This document shows, one piece after another, positions 10,194 to 20,576 of a stretch of 64,000 nt of DNA. The translations under genes and the position numbers were made by a program. The notes under the pieces were generated by a model, which was given only the letters and a program-made list of their open reading frames with translations, searched no databases and was not told the DNA's origin. Numbering within the stretch: the stretch's first letter is position 1; the number at the start of each line of letters is the position of its first letter. The stretch lies in assembly GCA_016793645.1 (NCBI GenBank), contig JAEUHD010000212.1, forward strand, positions 37 through 64,036, given 5' to 3'. This stretch comes from Verrucomicrobiales bacterium. Its GTDB lineage: Bacteria > Verrucomicrobiota > Verrucomicrobiia > Limisphaerales > UBA9464.

Positions 10194-13100
10194 ATGCGCC
10201 CTTTCCGCCTTCTCCTGGCCCTCTGTCTCGCATCGTTCGGGTCCCTGGCCTCCCCGTCCGCCGTCGTGGACCTCATCCGGTTGATTTCCGCGGACGTCGG
10301 TTCCCCGGGATCGCCCGGAAGCACCCGGATCTCGGGCCCGGTGATCGAGATGAACACGGGGTCAGGCGGGATCGGACCGCGCCTCGACCAGTTTCACTTC
10401 GCCTCCACCCCGGATACCAACGACTTCGACGTGTCCTTCTGCGTGACGCGACTGGACCCCACGGACGTTCTGGCGCGGGCCGGGTTGATGGTGAGGGACT
10501 CCCTGGATTCCAACGCGCCGTTTGTGGGGGTCTTCACCTCACCCACCGCCGTCGGAACCCACCTGCTCCATCGGACCAGTCCGGGATCCATTCCCATCCA
10601 GACCGGCCTCTACCCGCCGAACCTCCCCCAGGCGTGGCTGCGCCTGCGGCGGCAGGGCGATTTGTATACGGCATTTGCAGGAACCGATGGGATTCACTGG
10701 ACCCTTCTGGGATCCGTAACGCAAGTCATGGCCGCTCCACTGGTCGGCTTTGCGGGGTCATCCGGGACCAGCGACCGGAGTTCGATGACGGTGTTCCAAC
10801 AAATCACCGAAACGTCCTCCAACGCCCAAACCGTTCCCTTCGCCCCGGAAATCGAACCCCCCGGCCCGAGCAGCCGCCGATCCGCGATCGTCGTCAGTGA
10901 GATCATGTACCACCCGCCACCACGACCCGATGGCCGGAATGGGGAATTCGTGGAGCTCTACAACTCGCAACCGTTTCCAGAGGACATCTCGGGATGGAAG
11001 GTCGGCGGAGACTACGATTTCACATTTCCGCCGGGCACGGTGATCGCCGGAGGAGGATTCCTGATTGTCGCTCCCAGTCCCGGGGATGTTTCCGCCATCC
11101 ACGGAATCTCCAACGCCTACGGAGGATTTACGAACTCCCTTTCCCGGGGAAGCGGCACCATCCGGATCCTCAGCGACCGGGGAGCGGTGTTCTTTGAGAC
11201 CTCCTACCGGGACAAACCACCCTGGCCGCTCGCTGCGGATGGTTCCGGACACTCCCTCGCGCTGGTCCGACCGAGTCTGGGGGAGGCGGATCCCAACGCG
11301 TGGGCGGCCAGCAGCCGCCCTGGAGGTTCGCCCGGAGCCTGGGAGGGAGTCGATGGAGCGCCGCATCGACGGATCCGCATCAACGAGATCCTGGCGCGGT
11401 CGGTACCCGGAGGCCCGTCCCCATTTCTGGAGCTCTACAATCCATCCCCTTCCACCATCGAACTGTCCGGGTTCCGCCTCGGCTACTCCGCGCCGGCTCC
11501 CGGATACGTATTCCCGCCCGACAGCCGCATCGAGGGTGGTGGATTTCTGTCGATCCCGGCCGAAGCCCTCGGATTCCTGATTCGACTGGATGCCGAAACC
11601 CTGCTCCTCCGGGAACCGGAGGACTTCCCCGACGGCGGTGCGGTCGTGGACGCGGTCCGCTTTGAACCCGCTTCCCCGGGAGTGTCCCGGGGCCGGGTTC
11701 CCGACGGATCCGCGGAACTCCATGCCCTCAGCCTTCCCACACCGGACAAGTCCAATGGACCGGCCCGCGCGGCAGAGGTCGTGATCAACGAAATCTTTTA
11801 CCGTCCCTTGTCCGGGGACGAGGACCTCCAGTTCATCGAACTGCACAACCCCGGATCGTTCGGCGTTTCCCTCGGGAACTGGAGACTCAACGACGGGATC
11901 CGATACACGTTTCCCTCGGGAACCTTTATCGCCCCCGGCGGATTCCTGGTCGTCGCCCGCGACGCCACCCGATTGCGCGCCGCCCATCCCGGCCTTACGA
12001 CCGCCAATTGTATCGGGAACTTCGATGGACGCCTTTCCGGACGGGGGGAGCGCATTGTCCTGGAACGGCCCGAGACAGTCCCTGCCTCCGGCGGTCTCCC
12101 GGAGCGGACCTTGTTCGCGCCGGTGGATGAAGTCAGCTATCGGACCGGGGGCCAGTGGGGATCCTGGTCCGACGGAGGAGGGAGCAGCCTCGAGCTTACG
12201 GATCCCCATGCTGATCGCAGATGGGGGGCCAACTGGGCGGACAGCGACGAGTCCGCCCGAGGACGCTGGGTCACCCTGGAGTCCACCGGGATTCTGGATC
12301 TGGGCGGCGATGCTGCGGACTCCCTCCACGTGGGATTGATGGGGGAGGGAGAATGTCTTCTGGACAACCTGGAGGTGATCGGACCGGGCGGGACCAACCT
12401 GATTGCCAACTGGGACTTCGAGGAGTCCGTCACGAACTACGTCGCCCTCGGAAACCACATTCGGTCCGGATTCGAAGCCAACGAGGGTGACGCGAGTTCG
12501 CGATCCCTGCACCTCCGCGCGAGCGGCAACATGGATACGGGCGCCAACCGCATCCGCTTTCGACTGGCGCGTGCCATTCCTCCCGGAGAGACCGCCACGC
12601 TTCGTGCGCGCCTTCGGTGGCTGAAGGGCTGGCCCGAGCCGCTGCTTCGACTCCACGGCAACTGGCTGGAAGCCATCGGTCGCCTGGATTTCCCCGAGGT
12701 CGGCGGAACGCCGGGGGCTCCGAACTCCCGGCGTGTCGCCAACGCAGGACCGGCCCTGGCCGATCTCCGACAGGCACCCGTACTCCCGGCGGAGAATGAA
12801 CCCGTCCGCGTCAGCATCCGTGCGACCGACCCCGATGGAATCGATTCCGTGACCCTCCAATGGAGGGTGGACCCCGGCGGGGATCTCCAGTCGCTGCCCA
12901 TGAAGGACGACGGGGCGGGTGGGGACGAATTCCCCGGCGACGGCGTCTTCAGCGCCATGATTCCCGGTCAGGCCGGCAACACACTGGTGGCCTTCTCCGT
13001 CAGCGCGCAGGACCAAAATTCGACGTTCGCGCAGGCCTCCTTCCCTCCGGCGGGTGGAGAGTGCCTCGTCCGCTTCGGGGAAGCCCCGGTCGCCAACGCA

Positions 13101-16100
13101 TTCGGCACCTATCGACTCTGGCTGACCCGCACCAACGTGACCCGCTGGTCGGGACGACCCAATCTCAGCAATGAACCCATTCCCGGAACCCTGGTGTATG
13201 GAAACTTCCGGGCGATCCACGGCGCGGGCTATCGCTTTGCCGGAAGTCCGTACCATCAGCAGTTTTCATCCCCGACCAGCGACTGCCACTACGTGTGGCG
13301 CCTTCCCGGCGATGACCGGTTGCTGGGATCCGACAACTTCAACAAGGTTCATGCACCGGGGAACGGTCCGTTTGACGACGACACCATCCAGCGCGAACAA
13401 ACGATCTACTGGATGGGGCGTCAGATCGGTCTCCCCTGGCTGTATCGCCGGTACGTCAACGTGGTGGTGAACGGATCCAAACGCCGGCGTCTCATGGAGG
13501 ATACCCAGGTCCCCGGCGGGGATCTCATGGAGTCCTATTTCCCCGCGGACAGCGACGGGGATCTCTTCAAGATCAATCCCTGGTTTGAGTTCGCCGCAGG
13601 AACAGGAACGTCCCTCGGATTCTCAAACCAGAGCTGGGCGGACCTGAACGACTACCGCACCACCGGAAACATCCGGAAGGTGACCCGGTACCGCTGGAAC
13701 TGGCAGCCCCGCGCCGCCCATGGAACCGTCAACAACTACACCAATCTTTTTGCGCTGATCGACGCCGCCAACTCCCCGGGCGATGAAGACTTCGTCCGAG
13801 GAATGGAGGCGCAGGCGGACATGGATGAATGGCTGAAAACCTTCGCCCTCAATCATGCGGCCGGAAACTGGGACAGCTTTGGGAATCGGAACGCCCAGAA
13901 CATGTACGCCTACCGTCCGAAGTCGGGTCGTTGGCAACTGTTCATGTGGGACGCGAACATCGTTTTCGGCAATTCCGGCTCCGACGGCCCCCGGGGTGAC
14001 GACCTGTTCCAATACAACTTCTCCGACGGTCCGATGGGCCGGATCTACAACACCCCGAAATTCCGCCGGGCATACCTGCGCCACCTCAAGGCGATCGCCG
14101 AAGGCCCCATGCAACCCGGGCCCGTGGGAGCGCTCATCGATTCCAAGTTCGCCGCATTCCAGTCCGCCGGACTGAGTGCCTCCCCCGGGACCACCATCAA
14201 GTCCTGGCTGCGGAACCGCGTGACCTACCTCCAGTCCGAGGTGGCGAAGGTCTCCGCGCCCTTCACGGCACGGGTGGACGGAGTGGACGGAGGTTCGACG
14301 TCCCAGAACCTGATCCAACTGGTTGGAACCGCTCCCCTCGGCGTGGAGGCGATCTCCGTGAACGGAGTCGTCCAACCCGTGGTGTGGACGAGCGACACGG
14401 AATGGCGAGTGACCGTCCTGCTGAGCCCGGGCAGCAACCGACTGACCGTCACGGGACGCGATGCCATGGGAAACCTGGTCGCGGGATCCGTGAAACTGGT
14501 CACCATTCGGTTCACCGGTTCCGGGGAATTGCCGTCCGAGAAGCTTGCCTTTGGCGAGATCCTCTACCAACCCAAGGTCCCGGGAGCCGAATTCGTCGAA
14601 CTCGTGAACGGGTCCGTTCAAAACGCGTTCGATGTATCCGGATGGCGGGTGGACGGACTGGGCTATGTGTTCCCGAACGGAACCCTTCTCGCACCGGGCG
14701 CCCGGTGGGTGATCACCCGGGATCCCGAGGCGTTCCGGAAAGCGTTCGATTCGGTGCGGGCGACATTCCACGGCATCTTCCCGGGATCCCTCTCCCCGGA
14801 CGGAGAGGCGCTTCGACTCGTCCGGCCCGGGATTCCGCCGGCACAGGACGACGTCATCACCGGAGTCCACTACTCGCCTCATTCCCCGTGGCCCACGATC
14901 GCCCCCTCCTCTGGATCCTCCCTTCAGCTGATGGATGGAACCCGTTCCGAGGACGAACGCGTCGGAAACTGGGCCGTCATCCCGCCTCTTGATCCGGATC
15001 GGAGGGAATGGAGACAGGCGTCGGTCACCGGCATCACCGGCACGGACGGGACTCTTCAGCTCTATCTCTCGAGCGTGCCGCCGGTGGTCGATCCCCTGGA
15101 TCCTTCCGGATTGTTTTTTGGGGGTATTCGGTTTGGGGCGAGCCTTTTCCCCGGCGGGGTGCGGCTCGAGCGAATCGGGGGAGTTCTGACGATGGCGTTT
15201 GTCTTTGACGCGACGAATCCCGACGTTGCGAACCCGCTGACGGACGTGACCTGGGAGGCTCCCAATCTTCGCTTCGGCTTCGATGGCCAGAACCGCTTCG
15301 TCGGACAGCTTTCCGAAGACGGCAACCGCATCACGGGACGTTATCTCACGGCGGGAGGGGGCAGTTCCCCTTTTTCGTTCGATCGAATCAATCCGGGAGG
15401 TGATGTCCTGGTGGACGACGTGACGTTGGTTCAGGGTACGGTTGCCGAGGCCGGCCCCAATCTCCTGTCCAATGGAGGGTTCGAGGACTCCCTGCAGGAG
15501 AATTGGAAACCCACCGGATCGCATGGTGCCAGCGACCGCACCGAATCCGATGCGCACTCGGGCCGATTCGCCCTCCGTCTGAAGTCCGAGACAGGCGGCG
15601 ATGGAACGTCCGGGAACTCGGTCATCCAACTCGTGACCGGATGGGGCCCCGGAACGGAAGCCACCCTGAGCCTGTGGTATCGGACCACCACCAACGGCCT
15701 CGCGATCGTGGCCCGAACAGGAGACGGCGCCATCCAGTTGACCGCCCGCCCGACACCCACCCGGGATCCCCATCTGGAATCAACGCCGGGCTTCCCCAAC
15801 TCAAGCGAATCTCCGCAGGAGCCCTTTCCCGACCTGTGGCTGAATGAAGTCCTGCCCGATCCCGTGTCGGGAACCCCCTTCGCGGAGCTGTACAACCACG
15901 GTACGAACGCCATCAACCTGGGGGGGCTGTTCCTGGGAACCCAGCCCGAGGACGCCGCCGTGGACAGCTTTCCGCCGGACCAAATTCTTGCCCCCGGAGG
16001 CTTCCTGCGAATCGCCCTCGATGGAGCGGGTGCCCTCTCGGATACGCCCGAACCACGAACCTCGTTCCGACCCCGGGTTTCCGATGGGATGCTGCTTCTC

Positions 16101-16946
16101 AGTCGCATCTCCGGCCGGCAGACCAACATCCTCGACTTCCTGCACTGGGGTGCGCCCGGACGGGGAAATTCCTTCGGCCACTATCCCGATGGTTCACCCT
16201 TCGACGACCGAATCTTCGCAACCCCCACTCCAGGTTCATCGAACTCACTGATCGTTCCCGTCCGCCCGCTCGTGATCAACGAATGGATGGCCCTGAATTC
16301 AATCCTTGCAGACCCCGCGGGCGGTGCGGCCAACCAGGAATTCGACGACTGGTTCGAGTTGTACAATCCGGGCTCCGCATCCGTCAGCCTCGACGGCTTC
16401 ATCCTGAGCAATTCGGTCTCCGACAACACCAAGTTTCGAATCCCCCCGGGCTATTCCGTTCCCGCGCGGGGTTTCCTCCTCGTCTGGGCGGACAATCAAT
16501 CCCGACAGAATTCCCCCGCGTCCCCGGACCTCCATGTAAACTTCAAACTCTCCGGATCCGGGGAGGCGATCGCCCTGTTCGCACCGGATGGAACCCTGGT
16601 TGATTCCGTGGAATTCGGGCCGCAGGAAAGGAATGTCAGCGAGGGACGCGCCACCCACGGCGGACCGGAGGAGTTTGTCCGATTCCCCAATCCGACCCCG
16701 GGCCGATCCAACGTGCCGGTTCCTCCCCCGATCTTGTCCGAACCGGAGGTCACGGCGGATGGGAGGGTGACGCTGCGGTGGAGTGCAACCCCCGGGGCCA
16801 CGTACCAGGTGCGCTCCACCGAGGCCCTGGAAGGACCCTGGGCTCTCCACGGGGACCCCGTCAAAGCCGTGACGGGGATCATTGAGTGGCAGGACCCGGT
16901 GCCATCCACCGAATCCCGCTACTACCTGATTGAGGCTGTGAACTAG
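10194..16946 (+). CDS. Giant secreted lamin-tail-domain (LTD) x6 / CotH kinase-like protein
   Basis: The true start is MRPFRLLLALCLASFGSLASP (ATG 10194; alternative ATG 10158). The listed ORF start at 8868 is antisense to the two preceding genes. LTD motifs of the type (I/V)NE(I/V)...FVELYN....L.GW.L......F.FP.G..I..GG(F/Y)L(L/I)V occur near 10885, 11370, 11780, 14545, 15835 and 16270. The CotH core lies at about 13050-14250 (WRLPGDDRLLG..KVHAPGNGPFDDD..YRRYVNVVVNG..NHAAGNWDSFG..NMYAYRP..W.LFMWD). Confidence 0.85.
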   Translation: MRPFRLLLALCLASFGSLASPSAVVDLIRLISADVGSPGSPGSTRISGPVIEMNTGSGGIGPRLDQFHFASTPDTNDFDVSFCVTRLDPTDVLARAGLMVRDSLDSNAPFVGVFTSPTAVGTHLLHRTSPGSIPIQTGLYPPNLPQAWLRLRRQGDLYTAFAGTDGIHWTLLGSVTQVMAAPLVGFAGSSGTSDRSSMTVFQQITETSSNAQTVPFAPEIEPPGPSSRRSAIVVSEIMYHPPPRPDGRNGEFVELYNSQPFPEDISGWKVGGDYDFTFPPGTVIAGGGFLIVAPSPGDVSAIHGISNAYGGFTNSLSRGSGTIRILSDRGAVFFETSYRDKPPWPLAADGSGHSLALVRPSLGEADPNAWAASSRPGGSPGAWEGVDGAPHRRIRINEILARSVPGGPSPFLELYNPSPSTIELSGFRLGYSAPAPGYVFPPDSRIEGGGFLSIPAEALGFLIRLDAETLLLREPEDFPDGGAVVDAVRFEPASPGVSRGRVPDGSAELHALSLPTPDKSNGPARAAEVVINEIFYRPLSGDEDLQFIELHNPGSFGVSLGNWRLNDGIRYTFPSGTFIAPGGFLVVARDATRLRAAHPGLTTANCIGNFDGRLSGRGERIVLERPETVPASGGLPERTLFAPVDEVSYRTGGQWGSWSDGGGSSLELTDPHADRRWGANWADSDESARGRWVTLESTGILDLGGDAADSLHVGLMGEGECLLDNLEVIGPGGTNLIANWDFEESVTNYVALGNHIRSGFEANEGDASSRSLHLRASGNMDTGANRIRFRLARAIPPGETATLRARLRWLKGWPEPLLRLHGNWLEAIGRLDFPEVGGTPGAPNSRRVANAGPALADLRQAPVLPAENEPVRVSIRATDPDGIDSVTLQWRVDPGGDLQSLPMKDDGAGGDEFPGDGVFSAMIPGQAGNTLVAFSVSAQDQNSTFAQASFPPAGGECLVRFGEAPVANAFGTYRLWLTRTNVTRWSGRPNLSNEPIPGTLVYGNFRAIHGAGYRFAGSPYHQQFSSPTSDCHYVWRLPGDDRLLGSDNFNKVHAPGNGPFDDDTIQREQTIYWMGRQIGLPWLYRRYVNVVVNGSKRRRLMEDTQVPGGDLMESYFPADSDGDLFKINPWFEFAAGTGTSLGFSNQSWADLNDYRTTGNIRKVTRYRWNWQPRAAHGTVNNYTNLFALIDAANSPGDEDFVRGMEAQADMDEWLKTFALNHAAGNWDSFGNRNAQNMYAYRPKSGRWQLFMWDANIVFGNSGSDGPRGDDLFQYNFSDGPMGRIYNTPKFRRAYLRHLKAIAEGPMQPGPVGALIDSKFAAFQSAGLSASPGTTIKSWLRNRVTYLQSEVAKVSAPFTARVDGVDGGSTSQNLIQLVGTAPLGVEAISVNGVVQPVVWTSDTEWRVTVLLSPGSNRLTVTGRDAMGNLVAGSVKLVTIRFTGSGELPSEKLAFGEILYQPKVPGAEFVELVNGSVQNAFDVSGWRVDGLGYVFPNGTLLAPGARWVITRDPEAFRKAFDSVRATFHGIFPGSLSPDGEALRLVRPGIPPAQDDVITGVHYSPHSPWPTIAPSSGSSLQLMDGTRSEDERVGNWAVIPPLDPDRREWRQASVTGITGTDGTLQLYLSSVPPVVDPLDPSGLFFGGIRFGASLFPGGVRLERIGGVLTMAFVFDATNPDVANPLTDVTWEAPNLRFGFDGQNRFVGQLSEDGNRITGRYLTAGGGSSPFSFDRINPGGDVLVDDVTLVQGTVAEAGPNLLSNGGFEDSLQENWKPTGSHGASDRTESDAHSGRFALRLKSETGGDGTSGNSVIQLVTGWGPGTEATLSLWYRTTTNGLAIVARTGDGAIQLTARPTPTRDPHLESTPGFPNSSESPQEPFPDLWLNEVLPDPVSGTPFAELYNHGTNAINLGGLFLGTQPEDAAVDSFPPDQILAPGGFLRIALDGAGALSDTPEPRTSFRPRVSDGMLLLSRISGRQTNILDFLHWGAPGRGNSFGHYPDGSPFDDRIFATPTPGSSNSLIVPVRPLVINEWMALNSILADPAGGAANQEFDDWFELYNPGSASVSLDGFILSNSVSDNTKFRIPPGYSVPARGFLLVWADNQSRQNSPASPDLHVNFKLSGSGEAIALFAPDGTLVDSVEFGPQERNVSEGRATHGGPEEFVRFPNPTPGRSNVPVPPPILSEPEVTADGRVTLRWSATPGATYQVRSTEALEGPWALHGDPVKAVTGIIEWQDPVPSTESRYYLIEAVN

Positions 16947-16957
16947 GAGCCCCCACG

Positions 16958-19561
<2,604 letters not shown>

Positions 19562-19601
19562 GTGGGGAACTCCATCGCAGGGCAGGTGCCGATCCTCCAG
19601 A

Positions 19602-19625
19602 CTTGAAAATGGGGGCATTTTCCAA
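19602..19625 (-). promoter_or_regulatory. AT-rich inverted repeat 41-64 nt upstream of the clpB ATG; candidate heat-shock operator or sigma-32-type element
   Basis: Plus strand reads CTTGAAAATG-GGGG-CATTTTCCAA, with 7-bp arms GAAAATG/CATTTTC. On the clpB strand it reads CCCCCATTTT, which resembles the sigma-32 -10 element CCCCATNT. CTTGAAA matches the sigma-32 -35 element or a HAIR half-site. Confidence 0.3.
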
Positions 19626-19778
19626 ACCCGCTTCGCCCTCGCTGCGACGCAGTGCGCCACCACCGTCTCCCCACGTCCGCAAGGACGGGACAGGTTGACA
19701 TCGGCGGCCAACTCCCGGCCGGTTCGGTCCACGAAGTCCGACACCCAATGGTCCGACCTCCGTTCGCCGGACGGACTA

Positions 19779-20005
19779 GCCCGGATAATTCATGCGCTTT
19801 CGTCGCGAGGCGCAGCGAAAGCCCGTCTGGCAAGGCGGCCGAAGCGATTCCGAGCCGGGCTGTATGGGGACATACTGTCCGGGGAGGAACGCGAGGCCAA
19901 CGCCGCCAGACGGGCTTGCAGACAGCCGGAGTAGAAAGAGTGTGAACTATCCGGGCCAGGGGGAGACCTGGCGAAAGCCCCACGCCGGGGAGGCGTGTAT
20001 TTTCT
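19779..20005 (+). ncRNA. Candidate structured small RNA with 6S-like architecture, ending in an intrinsic terminator; identity unproven
   Basis: A 13/14-bp closing helix joins 19779-19792 (GCCCGGATAATTCA) to 19943-19956 (TGAACTATCCGGGC). Inside are a hairpin at 19796-19822 and a rod of about 95 nt at 19821-19915. That rod is capped by a GGGA tetraloop and contains a GAG/GGA internal loop. A purine-rich single strand spans 19916-19942. Both flanking genes are on the minus strand. Confidence 0.4.
19981..20005 (+). terminator. Intrinsic terminator, plus-strand orientation
   Basis: CACGCC-GGGGA-GGCGTG is followed by TATTTTCT. The T-tract is on the plus strand only. On the minus strand the hairpin is preceded by an A-tract, so it could also act weakly for the TM2 gene. 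Confidence 0.5.
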
Positions 20006-20023
20006 GAACGACCGGTTGCCGGA

Positions 20024-20431
20024 TCAGGCGCGCGCCTTGGACTGGTTCAATGCGCTCACCTGTGAATTCAAGGTCCAGAAATCATAGATGACCCCGATCC
20101 CGAGCAGTCCCGCCGTCAACAGGTACACGATTCCCGTGCCCCATTTCCCGAGGTAGAAACGGTGAATCCCCAGCGGGCCCAGGAATGTGAGGAAGATCCA
20201 CGCCAGGGAGTAATCCAGGGAGCCGGCAACAAACCGACGGTCGGCGTTCCGCGCCATGCCCGGAATCAGGAAGACATCGATGATCCAGCCGATGAGAAAC
20301 AAGCCTCCCGTGAACAGCCAGATTGTCCCGGAAATGGGTTTCCCAAAGTAGAAGCGGTGGGACCCGGTAAACCCGAAGATCCAGAGAATGTAGCCAATGA
20401 ACTTGCTGTGGGTCTCGGGGGTATCGCTCAT
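20024..20431 (-). CDS. TM2 domain-containing membrane protein
   Basis: Two TM2-like units (GYILWIFGFTGSHRFYFGK; FLGPLGIHRFYLGKWGTG). Confidence 0.85.
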   Translation of the reverse strand: MSDTPETHSKFIGYILWIFGFTGSHRFYFGKPISGTIWLFTGGLFLIGWIIDVFLIPGMARNADRRFVAGSLDYSLAWIFLTFLGPLGIHRFYLGKWGTGIVYLLTAGLLGIGVIYDFWTLNSQVSALNQSKARA

Positions 20432-20576
20432 CCGCGGCGACGCTACGGGGGCACCTCGGGGACGGCAACCCCGGTCTCGACCCGGAAGTTTGCGGAACGG
20501 AATTCAACAACCCACGGACCGGACAGTTGAGCTTTCGCTGCGTCGCGGACAGGATCCCGTGTCCACCACCCCGCTG

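Noticed and set aside
19784-19789. GATAAT hexamer as a -10 box for the candidate sRNA, and TTGACA at 19695-19700 as a -35 box
   Set aside because: GATAAT lies inside the 14-bp closing helix and therefore within the RNA. TTGACA has no acceptable -10 box at 16-18 nt spacing. The promoter is left unassigned.
19852-19885. 34-nt hairpin beginning GAGCCG with a 5-bp upper stem and a GNRA loop, resembling group II intron domain V
   Set aside because: The diagnostic 2-nt 3' bulge is replaced by a U.U mismatch, and the AGC triad is unpaired. No other intron domains or reverse-transcriptase ORF are present. The spacer is too short for an intron.
19779-20005. Assignment of the structured RNA to SRP RNA, RNase P RNA or tmRNA
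   Set aside because: It lacks the SRP helix-8 signature (GGAA loop with AGCA symmetric loop). It lacks the RNase P GAGGAAAGUCCGGGC and ACAGAACCCGGCUUA boxes and is too short for RNase P. It has no tRNA-like 3' end or tag ORF as tmRNA would. Only the overall 6S-like shape remains as a hypothesis.
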